A stretch of 64,000 bases of DNA from Alkalibacterium sp. (GTDB taxonomy: Bacteria; Bacillota; Bacilli; Lactobacillales; Carnobacteriaceae_A): the NCBI RefSeq assembly GCF_046484155.1, contig NZ_JAWOBT010000133.1:5785-69784 (forward strand), given 5' to 3'. Under the pieces are notes generated by a model. That model made no database searches, was not told where the DNA came from, and saw only the letters and a program-made list of their open reading frames with translations. Shown piece by piece: positions 41,844 through 52,377 of this stretch; position 1 is the first letter of the stretch; the number at the start of each line of letters is the position of its first letter. Position numbers and translations under genes: made by a program.

Positions 41844-42821
41844 ATGGCGAATCTTACAATGATTCAAGCAATCACGGAAGCACTTGATCAAGAAATGGCC
41901 CGTGATGAAAAAGTCTTGGTGTTTGGTGAAGATGTAGGTAAAAACGGCGGTGTATTCCGTGCGACCCAAGGCCTTTTTGATAAATACGGTGAAAACCGCG
42001 TCAATGATACTCCGCTTGCTGAATCTGGAATCGGTGGTATGGCATTTGGTTTAGCAGTTCAAGGCTTTCGTCCGGTAATGGAAATTCAATTCTTCGGTTT
42101 TGTATTTGAAGTAATGGATTCTATTATTGGTCAAATGGCACGTACGCGTTACCGCACAGGTGGAAACCTGAATTTACCGGCTGTCATTCGCTCACCCTTC
42201 GGTGGTGGCGTTCATACACCAGAGATGCATGCAGATAGTCTGGAAGGATTACTAGCTCAGTCTCCTGGACTTAAAGTTGTTATCCCTTCAAACCCATATG
42301 ATGCAAAAGGATTATTAACATCAGCAATTCGTGATCAGGATCCTGTATTTTTCTTGGAACACATGAAGTTATATCGTTCTTTCCGTGATGAAGTACCTGA
42401 AGAGCAGTACACTGTTCCTTTAGGTAAAGCGGGAGTTTCTAAAGAAGGTTCTGACGTTACTGTCGTAGCTTATGGTTACATGGTACGTGAGGCCCTTAAA
42501 GCAGCTGAAGAATTAGAAAAAGATGACGTTTCTGTCGAAGTTATTGATTTACGAACAGTGTCTCCGGTCGACTATGAAACAATTGTTGGATCTGTCGAGA
42601 AGACTGGTCGTATGGTTATGGTTCAAGAAGCACAGCGTCAAGCTGGCGTAGGAAACACAGTTATTTCTGAAGTTTCCCAACGTGCTATTTTATCATTACA
42701 AGCACCAATAGGTTTTGTATCGGCACCCGATACGATCTTCCCATTTGGTCAAGTTGAAAACCTCTGGTTACCAAATACTAAAGACATTATTGCGTCAATT
42801 AAAGAAACAGTAGAATTTTAA
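41844..42821 (+). CDS. pdhB: Pyruvate dehydrogenase E1 beta
   Basis: [31 protein letters not shown]. Confidence 0.97.
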   Translation: MANLTMIQAITEALDQEMARDEKVLVFGEDVGKNGGVFRATQGLFDKYGENRVNDTPLAESGIGGMAFGLAVQGFRPVMEIQFFGFVFEVMDSIIGQMARTRYRTGGNLNLPAVIRSPFGGGVHTPEMHADSLEGLLAQSPGLKVVIPSNPYDAKGLLTSAIRDQDPVFFLEHMKLYRSFRDEVPEEQYTVPLGKAGVSKEGSDVTVVAYGYMVREALKAAEELEKDDVSVEVIDLRTVSPVDYETIVGSVEKTGRMVMVQEAQRQAGVGNTVISEVSQRAILSLQAPIGFVSAPDTIFPFGQVENLWLPNTKDIIASIKETVEF

Positions 42822-42844
42822 TAATTAAGTAAACAGACCCTAAA

Positions 42845-42884
42845 CAACATTCTCTGATTGGTTTAAACCAATCAGAGAATGTTG
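42845..42884. repeat. Perfect 40-bp palindrome between pdhB and pdhC
   Basis: CAACATTCTCTGATTGGTTT|AAACCAATCAGAGAATGTTG; no U tract. Confidence 0.9.
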
Positions 42885-42948
42885 CATATTGATACGGAAT
42901 CAAACGAAAATAAAACTGAGATCATTTATAGAAGGGAAGAAAAAAATA

Positions 42949-44289
42949 ATGGCTTTTACATTTAAGCTCCCTGACGTTGGGGAAGGCATGGCTGAAGGCG
43001 AAATCGTCAGCTGGTTAGTTTCTGAAGGAGACACAGTTGAAGAAGGCGATTCGATCGCTGAGATTCAGAATGATAAATCTGTTGAAGAATTAGCTTCTCC
43101 AGTCGATGGGAAAATTAAAAAATTCTTAGTAGAACCAGGTACAGTGGCATCTGTAGGTGATCCTATTGTTGAGATCGATTCAGAAGGACACGAAGATTCA
43201 ACTGAAGAAGCACCTAAAGAAGCACCTGCTAAATCTGAAGCATCTTCTGAAGAGACTCCTGCCGAAACAGAAAAAACAGATTCAGCTCGATCCGAAGATG
43301 TTGCTTCTGGTGATGTAGTTAAAACCTCAGATCCTGATAAACATGTTTTAGCAATGCCGTCAGTTAGACAATATGCACGTGAAAAAGATGTAGATATCAG
43401 CTTAGTCGAAGCGACCGGAAAAGGTGGGCGTACGACGAGTGAAGATATCGATAACTTCTTGCAAGGTGGAGGAGAAAAAGCTTCTACTCAAGAAACGGCT
43501 GCTCCAGAAACAGCTGCGACTGAATCCAAAGGAACAACACCTGCTGTTTCTGCTGAAGCTAAACCATTTAAATCTAGTCGTTCTGACGAAGAAACCAGAG
43601 AAAAAATGACTACAACACGTAAAGCTATTGCTAAAGCAATGGTTAACAGTAGCCTGACTATACCATCGGTTTCATTGTTTGACGAAGTTGATGTAACTAA
43701 GTTAATGGCTCACCGTACTAAATTCAAAACAGTTGCTGCAGAACAGGATGTTAAATTAACATTCCTACCTTATGTAGTTAAAGCAATAATCGCTGTTATG
43801 AAGAAATTCCCAGCACTCAACTCATCTATCGATGATACGACTGATGAAGTTGTGTATAAAAACTACTTCAATATTGGTATTGCTGCTGATACAGAACAAG
43901 GATTATATGTTCCGGTCGTAGCTGATGCTGATAAGAAATCAATGTTCAGTATTGCTTCTGAAATTACTGAATTGGGTGGTAAAGCGCATGAAGGCAAACT
44001 GAAATCCAGTGATATGGGTGATGGTTCGATCTCGATTTCAAATATCGGTTCTGTAGGTGGTGGTTGGTTCACGCCAATTATTAACTATCCAGAAGTGGCT
44101 ATATTAGGTGTTGGACGTATCGCTAAAAAAGCAATCGTAAATGACGAAGGCGAAATAGTTGCTGCCCCAATGCTAGCATTGTCATTAGTTTTCGATCATC
44201 GTGTTATTGACGGAGCAACAGGTCAAAAAGCAATGAACGAACTAAAACGTCTGTTAGCAGATCCTGAATTATTATTAATGGAAGGATAA
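42949..44289 (+). CDS. pdhC: Dihydrolipoamide acetyltransferase E2 (one lipoyl domain)
   Basis: [14 protein letters not shown] lipoyl lysine, AMPSVR, DHRVIDG. Confidence 0.96.
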   Translation: MAFTFKLPDVGEGMAEGEIVSWLVSEGDTVEEGDSIAEIQNDKSVEELASPVDGKIKKFLVEPGTVASVGDPIVEIDSEGHEDSTEEAPKEAPAKSEASSEETPAETEKTDSARSEDVASGDVVKTSDPDKHVLAMPSVRQYAREKDVDISLVEATGKGGRTTSEDIDNFLQGGGEKASTQETAAPETAATESKGTTPAVSAEAKPFKSSRSDEETREKMTTTRKAIAKAMVNSSLTIPSVSLFDEVDVTKLMAHRTKFKTVAAEQDVKLTFLPYVVKAIIAVMKKFPALNSSIDDTTDEVVYKNYFNIGIAADTEQGLYVPVVADADKKSMFSIASEITELGGKAHEGKLKSSDMGDGSISISNIGSVGGGWFTPIINYPEVAILGVGRIAKKAIVNDEGEIVAAPMLALSLVFDHRVIDGATGQKAMNELKRLLADPELLLMEG

Positions 44290-44301
44290 GGTGAAACAAA
44301 A

Positions 44302-45708
44302 ATGGTAGTAGGAGATTTCGCAATTGAACTAGATACAGTAGTTATAGGAGCTGGACCTGGTGGGTACGTTGCAGCTATTCGTGCAGCACAAATGGGACAA
44401 AAAGTAGCTATTATCGAAAAAGAATTTATTGGTGGCGTATGTTTAAATGTTGGATGTATTCCTTCTAAAGCATTAATCGCTGCTGGTCATAAATATCAGG
44501 AATCACTTGATTCGACTGCTTTTGGTGTTACTTCTGAAAACGTAAAAATTGATTTTACTAAAACGCAGAAGTGGAAAGATACGAAAGTTGTTAACAAATT
44601 AACTAAAGGTGTAGAAGCTCTGCTCAAAAAAAATAAAGTTGAGATTTTATTTGGAGAAGCATTCTTCGTTGATGAAAACACGTTGCGTGTAATGAAAGAG
44701 GATAGTGCTCAAACATATTCCTTTAACAACGCTATCGTCGCAACAGGTAGCCGTCCAATTCAAATTCCTGGTTTCAAATTCAGTGACCGTGTATTAGATT
44801 CTACGGGCGCATTGAACTTACCAGAAATTCCTAAAAAAATGGCTATTGTTGGAGGAGGCTACATTGGTTCTGAATTAGCGGGTGCTTATGCTAACTTAGG
44901 TACTGAAGTAACTATCTTGGAAGGTCTTCCTTCAATCTTGAACGGTTTTGATAAAGACATGGTTAAACTTGTTGAGAAGAACTTCAAATCAAAAGGTGTT
45001 AAAATCTTTACTGAAGCAATGGCTAAAGAGTCGACTGTTACAGATAATGGCGTAACGGTTAAATATGAAGTTAAAGGAGAAGAAAAATCTCTTGATGTGG
45101 ATTATGTATTAGTTACAGTTGGACGTAAACCTAACACTGATGAACTTGGCTTGGAACAAGCAAGTGTTAAAGTTAGCGAACGCGGTTTAATCGAAGTTAA
45201 TGAACAAGGCCGATCAAACATTGAAAGCATTTATGCTGTTGGTGATGTGGTTCCAGGACCAGCATTAGCCCATAAAGCAAGTTATGAAGCTAAAATTGCT
45301 GCTGAAGCAATCTCAGGCAAAAAAGTAGCTGTGGATTACCGTGCACTACCTGCAGTTGCCTTTACAAATCCGGAAATTGCATCTGTTGGATTGACAGAGA
45401 GCGAAGCAAAAGAAAAGGGATTAGAAGTAAAAGTTACAAAATTCCCACTTGGTGGTAATGGTCGGGCATTATCTTTAAACGCTACTGAAGGTTTCGTACG
45501 TTTAGTAACAACTAAGGAAGATAATGTCATTGTCGGCGGTCAAGTAGCAGGAATCAATGCCTCTGATATCATTGCTGAAATTGGTTTAGCTGTTGAAAGC
45601 GGAATGAATGCGGAAGATATCGCATTAACTATTCATGGACATCCTTCACTTAGTGAAGTTGTCATGGATGCTGCTGAAGCTGCTTTAGGTATGCCAATTC
45701 ACATGTGA
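44302..45708 (+). CDS. pdhD: Dihydrolipoyl dehydrogenase E3
   Basis: [28 protein letters not shown]. Confidence 0.97.
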   Translation: MVVGDFAIELDTVVIGAGPGGYVAAIRAAQMGQKVAIIEKEFIGGVCLNVGCIPSKALIAAGHKYQESLDSTAFGVTSENVKIDFTKTQKWKDTKVVNKLTKGVEALLKKNKVEILFGEAFFVDENTLRVMKEDSAQTYSFNNAIVATGSRPIQIPGFKFSDRVLDSTGALNLPEIPKKMAIVGGGYIGSELAGAYANLGTEVTILEGLPSILNGFDKDMVKLVEKNFKSKGVKIFTEAMAKESTVTDNGVTVKYEVKGEEKSLDVDYVLVTVGRKPNTDELGLEQASVKVSERGLIEVNEQGRSNIESIYAVGDVVPGPALAHKASYEAKIAAEAISGKKVAVDYRALPAVAFTNPEIASVGLTESEAKEKGLEVKVTKFPLGGNGRALSLNATEGFVRLVTTKEDNVIVGGQVAGINASDIIAEIGLAVESGMNAEDIALTIHGHPSLSEVVMDAAEAALGMPIHM

Positions 45709-45727
45709 TAATAAAAATTAGATTGAC

Positions 45728-45770
45728 GAGAGATTCTCAGCTAATAAAGCTGAGAATCTCTTTGTTTTTT
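45728..45770 (+). terminator. pdh operon terminator
   Basis: AGAGATTCTCAGCT/AGCTGAGAATCTCT followed by a T-rich tail. Confidence 0.85.
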
Positions 45771-45829
45771 GCTTTTTCCTGCCTTCTCATTTAAACTTAG
45801 GTTAGAGAAGCGTGAAATGAGGAACGATT

Positions 45830-46609
45830 ATGCCAGAGAATTTTACGAGCAGAGATAAAACCATAAAAAAATGGATCGATGAAATTAGTAGGGTTGTCTT
45901 AAATAATATAGATTCTCAGCTTGAAATTGAACAAAAAACAGCGCCTAATGATTTAGTTACCAATATGGATAAATGGGTAGAGAAAGAACTCGTTAAAAAG
46001 ATCCGCACTACTTTCCCTTCGGATCGTATTCTGGGTGAAGAAGGTTTTGGAGATGCTATCGAAGATATGAATGGGACGGTATGGTTTATAGATCCTATAG
46101 ATGGCACATTGAATTTTATTTTACAAAATGAAAATTTTGCTTTAATGCTAGCTGTCTACGAAGATGGTATAGCAATACAAAGCTATATTTTCGATGTCAC
46201 TCTGAACAGATTGTATTCCGCAATCAAAGGCGAAGGTGTCAGTTGTAACGGACAACGATTGCCGGAACCCTATGATGCGGCATTAGAAGAAGGGATATTA
46301 GCCACTAACTCTAGTATTATGATTGAAGAGAAATATGATCATATAAGAAAGATAGCTAAAGAGAGTTTAGGATTGAGGTTAGTCGGCTCTGCTGGGCTTG
46401 AAAGTGTAGAAGTTGCTAAAGGAAGCATCGTTGCTTACATTGCGACAAATTTAAAACCTTGGGATGTGGCTCCCGGTCTTTTATTCATGCAGGAACTTGG
46501 ACTAAAAGCAACACAATTTAATAATGAACCATTAGATTTACTCAATAATAATAATATTATTTTTGCAACCAACAAAGCACATGAGGAAATTATTAAGCTT
46601 ATAAATTAA
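45830..46609 (+). CDS. Inositol monophosphatase family protein (YktC/SuhB-like)
   Basis: DLVT..D, ILGEE, WFIDPIDGT.NF, PWD. Confidence 0.92.
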   Translation: MPENFTSRDKTIKKWIDEISRVVLNNIDSQLEIEQKTAPNDLVTNMDKWVEKELVKKIRTTFPSDRILGEEGFGDAIEDMNGTVWFIDPIDGTLNFILQNENFALMLAVYEDGIAIQSYIFDVTLNRLYSAIKGEGVSCNGQRLPEPYDAALEEGILATNSSIMIEEKYDHIRKIAKESLGLRLVGSAGLESVEVAKGSIVAYIATNLKPWDVAPGLLFMQELGLKATQFNNEPLDLLNNNNIIFATNKAHEEIIKLIN

Positions 46610-46793
46610 AAGCAAAGTATTAGCTTGTAATTTCATTTGTATTAGTGTTATAATATCTGGGGCAACAATATAGGATATTTGGAGAGCATTTATTCTTGAG
46701 TGTGAATCTATCAAGAATTAATGTTCTTTATAATGAACATAAGCGAAAGTGATAAACAATAAACTAGATTCAGCGTAAGGAATTCGGAGGAAT

Positions 46794-48629
46794 ATGATGA
46801 AAAGAAGAGACGATATAAGAAACATCGCAATAATAGCTCACGTTGACCACGGTAAAACGACATTAGTAGATGAGTTGTTGAAACAGTCTGATACATTAGA
46901 GGCTCACAATCAATTAAACGAAAGAGCCATGGACTCTAACGATCTTGAAAAAGAACGTGGCATCACTATACTCGCTAAAAATACAGCAGTTAGATATGAT
47001 AACCACCATATTAATATTTTAGATACTCCAGGACACGCTGACTTCGGTGGAGAAGTTGAACGAATCATGAAAATGGTAGATGGAGTAATTCTTGTTGTAG
47101 ATGCTTATGAAGGAACAATGCCTCAAACACGTTTTGTTCTCAAAAAAGCATTGGAAATGAAATTAAGACCTATCGTTGTCGTTAATAAAATCGATAAAGA
47201 TACTGCTCGACCAGCAGAAGTTGTCGATGAAGTTGTCGATTTGCTGATAGAATTGGATGCAGATGAAGATCAACTAGATTTTCCAGTAATCTATGCATCT
47301 GCCATCAACGGAACAAGTAGTCTTTCACCTGAGCTTGAAGATCAGGAAAATACTATGAAACCTGTTTTTGAGAGCATACTAAAAGAAGTTCCTGCTCCCA
47401 TTGATAACAGTGACGAACCTTTACAGTTCCAAGTATCACTACTCGATTATAACGATTATGTCGGAAGAATTGGTATTGGACGAGTATTCAGAGGTAAAAT
47501 CAAAGTTGGAGACAACGTTACTTTAAGTAAATTAGACGGTTCAACGAAAGATTTCCGTGTAACGAAACTAAATGGTTTCTTTGGTCTTAAACGTTTAGAA
47601 ATTCAAGAGGCTAAAGCCGGTGATTTAATTGCCGTTTCAGGTTTTGAAGATATTTTTGTAGGAGAAACAGTAACGCCAGTTGATCATGTTGATCCGTTGC
47701 CAATTTTACACATTGATGAGCCGACTTTACAAATGACTTTCTTAGTGAACAACTCTCCTTTTGCAGGTAGAGAAGGTAAATGGGTCACGTCTAGAAAAAT
47801 TGAAGAACGCTTGATGATGCAACTGCAAACAGATGTATCGCTTCGGATAGAACCAACGGAATCTCCTGATGCATGGATTGTTTCAGGACGTGGCGAACTT
47901 CATCTATCCATTTTAATAGAAAACATGCGTCGAGAAGGATTCGAACTGCAAGTATCTCGACCAGAAGTTATTATTAAAGAAATAGATGGACGTAAGCATG
48001 AGCCTTTTGAACGTGTTCAAATCGACACACCAGAAGAATATATGGGCTCAGTGATTGAGAATTTAAGTGAGAGAAAAGCAGAAATGCAAGACATGATTCA
48101 TACAGGAAATGGACAGGTTCGCATGATTTTCTTAGCACCTGCTCGAGGATTGATTGGGTTTACAAATGATTTCTTATCTATTACACGTGGCTATGGTATC
48201 TTAAACCATACGTTCGATCAGTATCTGCCACTCTTGTCAGGAAAAACTGGGGAACGTCGTTATGGTGCCTTAGTGTCAATGGAAAATGGCGTAGCAACAA
48301 CATACGGCATCATGAACATTGAAGACCGTGGTGTTATCTTTGTTGAACCGGGTACAGAAGTTTATGCTGGTATGATTGTCGGTCAGAACAACAGAGATAG
48401 CGATATTGCTGTTAACTTGACTAAAGAAAAACAGAAAACCAATGTGCGTTCAGCAAATAAAGACCAGACGAATGTTATCAAACGTCCACGTAAGTTAACG
48501 CTTGAAGAATCACTTGAATTCTTAGCGGACGATGAGTATTGTGAAGTAACTCCAGAGTCTATTCGTTTAAGAAAGAAAATTCTTAATAAAAACGAACGAG
48601 AGAAAGCCTCAAAGCGTTCAATTAAATAA
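46794..48629 (+). CDS. typA: Translational GTPase TypA/BipA
   Basis: [34 protein letters not shown]. Confidence 0.98.
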   Translation: MMKRRDDIRNIAIIAHVDHGKTTLVDELLKQSDTLEAHNQLNERAMDSNDLEKERGITILAKNTAVRYDNHHINILDTPGHADFGGEVERIMKMVDGVILVVDAYEGTMPQTRFVLKKALEMKLRPIVVVNKIDKDTARPAEVVDEVVDLLIELDADEDQLDFPVIYASAINGTSSLSPELEDQENTMKPVFESILKEVPAPIDNSDEPLQFQVSLLDYNDYVGRIGIGRVFRGKIKVGDNVTLSKLDGSTKDFRVTKLNGFFGLKRLEIQEAKAGDLIAVSGFEDIFVGETVTPVDHVDPLPILHIDEPTLQMTFLVNNSPFAGREGKWVTSRKIEERLMMQLQTDVSLRIEPTESPDAWIVSGRGELHLSILIENMRREGFELQVSRPEVIIKEIDGRKHEPFERVQIDTPEEYMGSVIENLSERKAEMQDMIHTGNGQVRMIFLAPARGLIGFTNDFLSITRGYGILNHTFDQYLPLLSGKTGERRYGALVSMENGVATTYGIMNIEDRGVIFVEPGTEVYAGMIVGQNNRDSDIAVNLTKEKQKTNVRSANKDQTNVIKRPRKLTLEESLEFLADDEYCEVTPESIRLRKKILNKNEREKASKRSIK

Positions 48630-48739
48630 TTAAATGAGAACAAAATCGTAACTCATTTCTTTTACATTTCCAAATAAGTAGAGTTGTGATATACTTGTAA
48701 AAAGAAAGCTATGGTAATAGTTTGAGGAAGGATATGCTT

Positions 48740-49015
48740 ATGGATCAATTACAGATTGCTCTTGCTAAAGATGTTTTAAATGAAGATGCTAAACAAATAG
48801 CTTCTTTGATTGAAAATCAGCAACATTTATGTATGTCTTGTCCCGCTTTTGAAGAAGTTATCGATACTCAAATGTTTGGTTTTTCAAAAAAGATCGAGTT
48901 TGCCATTGCTATGGATATGATTGCTGAAGAAAAAGGGCATTTGATGTTGAGTTCATTAGAAAAACATTTAAATGATTTATACACAGATGCTTTTAATTCC
49001 AATAAAAATGATTAA
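48740..49015 (+). CDS. YlaN-family protein (UPF0358)
   Basis: L.EDA..I..LI..Q, CPAFEEVIDTQMFG. Confidence 0.9.
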   Translation: MDQLQIALAKDVLNEDAKQIASLIENQQHLCMSCPAFEEVIDTQMFGFSKKIEFAIAMDMIAEEKGHLMLSSLEKHLNDLYTDAFNSNKND

Positions 49016-49022
49016 ATATTTT

Positions 49023-49053
49023 AAAAGTCCCTCTCGTGTAGAGGGACTTTTTT
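49023..49053 (+). terminator. Terminator after ylaN
   Basis: AAAAGTCCCTCT/AGAGGGACTTTT. Confidence 0.8.
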
Positions 49054-49087
49054 GTTATAATGAATAAAATTGAAGAAGGTGAATGTA

Positions 49088-49396
49088 TTGGATCAAGAAA
49101 TAAGTTCTAGAGTCGGATTAGTTGTGTGGTTATATACCACGAAATATGTTAACAAATTAAAACGTTATGGCTTAGTGCATTACGTCTCTAAAAACATGAA
49201 TTATGCAATCATTTATGTCGACCGGGAAGAAAAAGAAGTCATTAAAAATACGATTGCTAAGCAACACTTCGTGAGAAAAGTAGAAGATTCATATCAATGT
49301 GAACTTCCTAAAACATTTGATGGCATACTTGATGAAGTCGTGGCGTTATCAAAAAAAGTTAAAGATGATAGTCTGATGAATGGTATTTCTAATTAA
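49088..49396 (+). CDS. YlbG-family protein (UPF0298)
   Basis: R.GLVVWL, LKRYG.VHYVS..M.Y...YVD; TTG start behind GAAGGTG. Confidence 0.85.
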   Translation: MDQEISSRVGLVVWLYTTKYVNKLKRYGLVHYVSKNMNYAIIYVDREEKEVIKNTIAKQHFVRKVEDSYQCELPKTFDGILDEVVALSKKVKDDSLMNGISN

Positions 49397-49415
49397 CCGT
49401 AAAGGATGGACTTGA

Positions 49416-49976
49416 ATGAGAATAATATCAGGAGAATACGGTGGAAGAAAATTGAAAGCGGTAAGTGGTGAAAACACTCGTCCCACAACAGATAAAGTTA
49501 AAGAATCATTATTTCATATGATCGGTCCTTACTTTGATGGTGGGCATGCACTGGATCTATATGCCGGTAGTGGCGCTTTAGGTATCGAAGCCGTTTCTAG
49601 AGGGATGGATAAAGCTTATTTAGTTGATAATAACATTTTAGCCATCAAAACAATCGAAGAAAATATAAGCATAACGAAAGAACCCGAAAAATTTGTGGTC
49701 TGGAAGAAGAATGACCATCAAGCCATTGAACGTTTAGGCCAAATGAATGAATCGTTTGATTTGATTTTACTCGATCCCCCTTATGCTAAGCAGAAATTGG
49801 AGTCAATTATTAAACAGCTGATAGATAATCAATTGTTAAATAATTATGCCGTTATCGTTTGTGAAACCGATAAGGCTGTTTCCTTAGAGCTTAGTGGGGA
49901 TTCTTTAAGACTTATTAAAGACAAAGTTTTTGGAAAAACCAAAGTTACTTTGTATGAATGGGTGGAGAGCTTATGA
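49416..49976 (+). CDS. rsmD: 16S rRNA m2G966 methyltransferase
   Basis: [28 protein letters not shown]. Confidence 0.95.
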   Translation: MRIISGEYGGRKLKAVSGENTRPTTDKVKESLFHMIGPYFDGGHALDLYAGSGALGIEAVSRGMDKAYLVDNNILAIKTIEENISITKEPEKFVVWKKNDHQAIERLGQMNESFDLILLDPPYAKQKLESIIKQLIDNQLLNNYAVIVCETDKAVSLELSGDSLRLIKDKVFGKTKVTLYEWVESL

Positions 49977-50470
49977 GAAGGGCCCTTTATGTAGGCAGTT
50001 TTGACCCTTTGACTTACGGTCATTTAAACATTTTAGAAAGAGCTGCACGATTGGTGGATGAGTTGATCATTGTAGTAAGTGCAAGTACAGCAAAACAGTA
50101 CTTATTCACTACAGAAGAAAGAGTTAAAATGATAGAAGCTGTAATAGAAGAAGAAGGCTTAACTAATTGTCAGATCATCGCCTATGATGGATTGACTGTC
50201 AATCTAGCGCATGAAAAGAACCTAAATATACTCATTCGAGGAATACGTTCTGTCAAAGACTTTGAATATGAAAGAGATATTTCTGACTTAAATGCAATGC
50301 AGGATAAATCGATCGAAACGGTTTGCCTGATTTCAGACGCGAAGTATCAGTCTATCAGCTCTACTATGGTTAAGGAAATTGCTCATTACGGTGGTAATAT
50401 AGATGGTTTAGTACCTCGACTTGTGGGGGATAAATTGAGAAATGCCTTACTGAAGGTGGATAAGAAATAG
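49973..50470 (+). CDS. coaD: Pantetheine-phosphate adenylyltransferase
   Basis: [14 protein letters not shown]...[13 protein letters not shown]. Confidence 0.95.
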   Translation: MRRALYVGSFDPLTYGHLNILERAARLVDELIIVVSASTAKQYLFTTEERVKMIEAVIEEEGLTNCQIIAYDGLTVNLAHEKNLNILIRGIRSVKDFEYERDISDLNAMQDKSIETVCLISDAKYQSISSTMVKEIAHYGGNIDGLVPRLVGDKLRNALLKVDKK

Positions 50471-51504
50471 TGAATAAAAAAAGCTTAGTTATAAAAACGG
50501 TGATTATGGTTTTGACCGTTTATCTGTTGTTTTTTCTACAGATCCCTTATTACGTTGAAAGACCGGGTAGTGCCGTCGTCATTAACGACAGAGTAGAGGT
50601 AGACGGACAAACGGATCAATCAGATAGTCAGTATATGCTGACGACGGTCGAGATATTTAAGGCGACACCATTCTCATCGCTGTTTCAATTTTTACCTTAT
50701 CATTCGGGTGTGAGTGAGATCGATCTGCTTGGAAATTACGAGGATTACAGTGCATACAGAAACCTGCAAAGGTATTATATGGATTATTCGATTGACACTG
50801 CGAAAGCAGCAGCATTTAATGAAGCTGCTTTACCCTATGATATCAATTATGAAGGAGTCTATGTGATGTCTGTATCACAAAAATCCAATTTTTTTAAAGA
50901 CTTGAAAATGGGGGACAGTATCGCGAAAATTGATGAGAAATCATTCGACAATACTGATGAATTCATAGATTATATAGCGAATCAGTCTGTCGGAGATACG
51001 GTTACACTTTCTGTAGAACGGGATGGGAAATCGGTAGATATCAGCGGCGATCTAGTACTGATTGAAGAAACGGGAAACCCTGGTATTGGTATCACTCTAG
51101 TCACTCAGTCTTCCGTTACCACATCCCCGGAAGTGGTAATTGATGCTGGGAACATCGGTGGCCCCTCTGCAGGCCTTATGTTCTCGTTACAAGTATATAA
51201 GCTCTTAGTGGAAGATTTTGACAGTTCTTTAGAGGTAGCAGGGACAGGAACCATTGCAGAAAATGGAGAGATTGGTCGTATCGGTGGTATTGATAAAAAA
51301 GTGGTCGCAGCTGATAGAGAAGGCGCCTCTGTTTTTTTCGCACCGGACGATACGATTTCAAGTGAGGCTCTCGAAGAAAATCCTGATTTGAAATCGAATT
51401 ATGAGACAGCCAGTGAGACTGCAGAAGCAATTAATTCAGATATGCAAATCGTGCCAGTCCAACACATTAAAGATGCCATTGATTATTTAAATACTTTTGA
51501 TTAA
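50470..51504 (+). CDS. YlbL/SepM-family PDZ-Lon-like serine protease
   Basis: PYY.E.PG, PDZ domain, IGGPSAGLMF, AGTGTI, IGGI.KK. Confidence 0.92.
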   Translation: MNKKSLVIKTVIMVLTVYLLFFLQIPYYVERPGSAVVINDRVEVDGQTDQSDSQYMLTTVEIFKATPFSSLFQFLPYHSGVSEIDLLGNYEDYSAYRNLQRYYMDYSIDTAKAAAFNEAALPYDINYEGVYVMSVSQKSNFFKDLKMGDSIAKIDEKSFDNTDEFIDYIANQSVGDTVTLSVERDGKSVDISGDLVLIEETGNPGIGITLVTQSSVTTSPEVVIDAGNIGGPSAGLMFSLQVYKLLVEDFDSSLEVAGTGTIAENGEIGRIGGIDKKVVAADREGASVFFAPDDTISSEALEENPDLKSNYETASETAEAINSDMQIVPVQHIKDAIDYLNTFD

Positions 51505-51514
51505 ATTAAAAAAT

Positions 51515-51556
51515 AGGAAGTCATGCTTATTAAAATGAGCATGGCTTCTTTTTTTT
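51515..51556 (+). terminator. Terminator before comEA
   Basis: AGGAAGTCATGCT/AGCATGGCTTCTT followed by a T run. Confidence 0.8.
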
Positions 51557-51615
51557 AAGTGAGTTTTTCTTTAATTGGATAATATAATAGGTAACCCGAT
51601 CAAAGGAGGCTTCTT

Positions 51616-52260
51616 ATGAGGATTCTGACCAAGATGAAAAAATTTAAAGAAGTGAGCTGGGGGATAGGAATGCTTTGTGCTGTCATTATTGTCATCTTGA
51701 TCGTATCAGTTGATCATGCTGATGATAGCAACACGGTGACTTTGGATACGCTACTCACTGAAAACCCTGTAGCCGATTCCCAGAAAGAAGCTGAGGGCAC
51801 AAAAGAAATAATACCGGATGAACTTGAACTTAATGTGGTAGTAGATGTAAAAGGAGCAGTTAACAATCCGGGTGTTTTTTCACTTAATGCGAATCAACGT
51901 GTGATAGATGCAATCGATGCAGCAGATGGGCTGACTGAAAAGGCTGACCCAAAGCACATTAATTTTGCTCAGTTGCTAGAAGACGAGATGTACATATATA
52001 TCCCTATAGAAGGTGAAGAAATGGTTGGAATTGAAGCAAGTCTAGAGCTTGATCAGGCAAAAGATGCCATGATAAACATTAATGATGCCAATGAACAGAC
52101 GCTATCACAATTGAATGGAATTGGGCCGAGTAAAGCAAATGATATCATTGAATACCGAGAAAAGAATGGACCTTTTGGATCAATTGACGAGATAATAAAG
52201 GTATCTGGTATAGGAGAAAAAACGTTCGAAAAAATTTCGGAATATATAGAGGCTAAGTGA
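51616..52260 (+). CDS. comEA: Competence DNA-binding protein ComEA
   Basis: TM helix, SLBB domain VDVKGAV..PGV, HhH ININ.A...L..L.GIGPSKA, V.GIGEKT. Confidence 0.95.
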   Translation: MRILTKMKKFKEVSWGIGMLCAVIIVILIVSVDHADDSNTVTLDTLLTENPVADSQKEAEGTKEIIPDELELNVVVDVKGAVNNPGVFSLNANQRVIDAIDAADGLTEKADPKHINFAQLLEDEMYIYIPIEGEEMVGIEASLELDQAKDAMININDANEQTLSQLNGIGPSKANDIIEYREKNGPFGSIDEIIKVSGIGEKTFEKISEYIEAK

Positions 52261-52296
52261 ACATAATCAAATGATTTTTAACTAGGAGTTTTTTTA

Positions 52297-52377
52297 ATGA
52301 ATGACGTGCCTGCTACTAGTGGAGAAAGAAGTGTTGACAGTTTTATCTATGTAAAGAAAAAAATGGATGCCGGATGA
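52297..52377 (+). CDS. Possible 26-aa small ORF coupled to comEC
   Basis: AGGAG SD; MNDVPATSGERSVDSFIYVKKKMDAG; its TGA overlaps the comEC ATG. Confidence 0.35.
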   Translation: MNDVPATSGERSVDSFIYVKKKMDAG

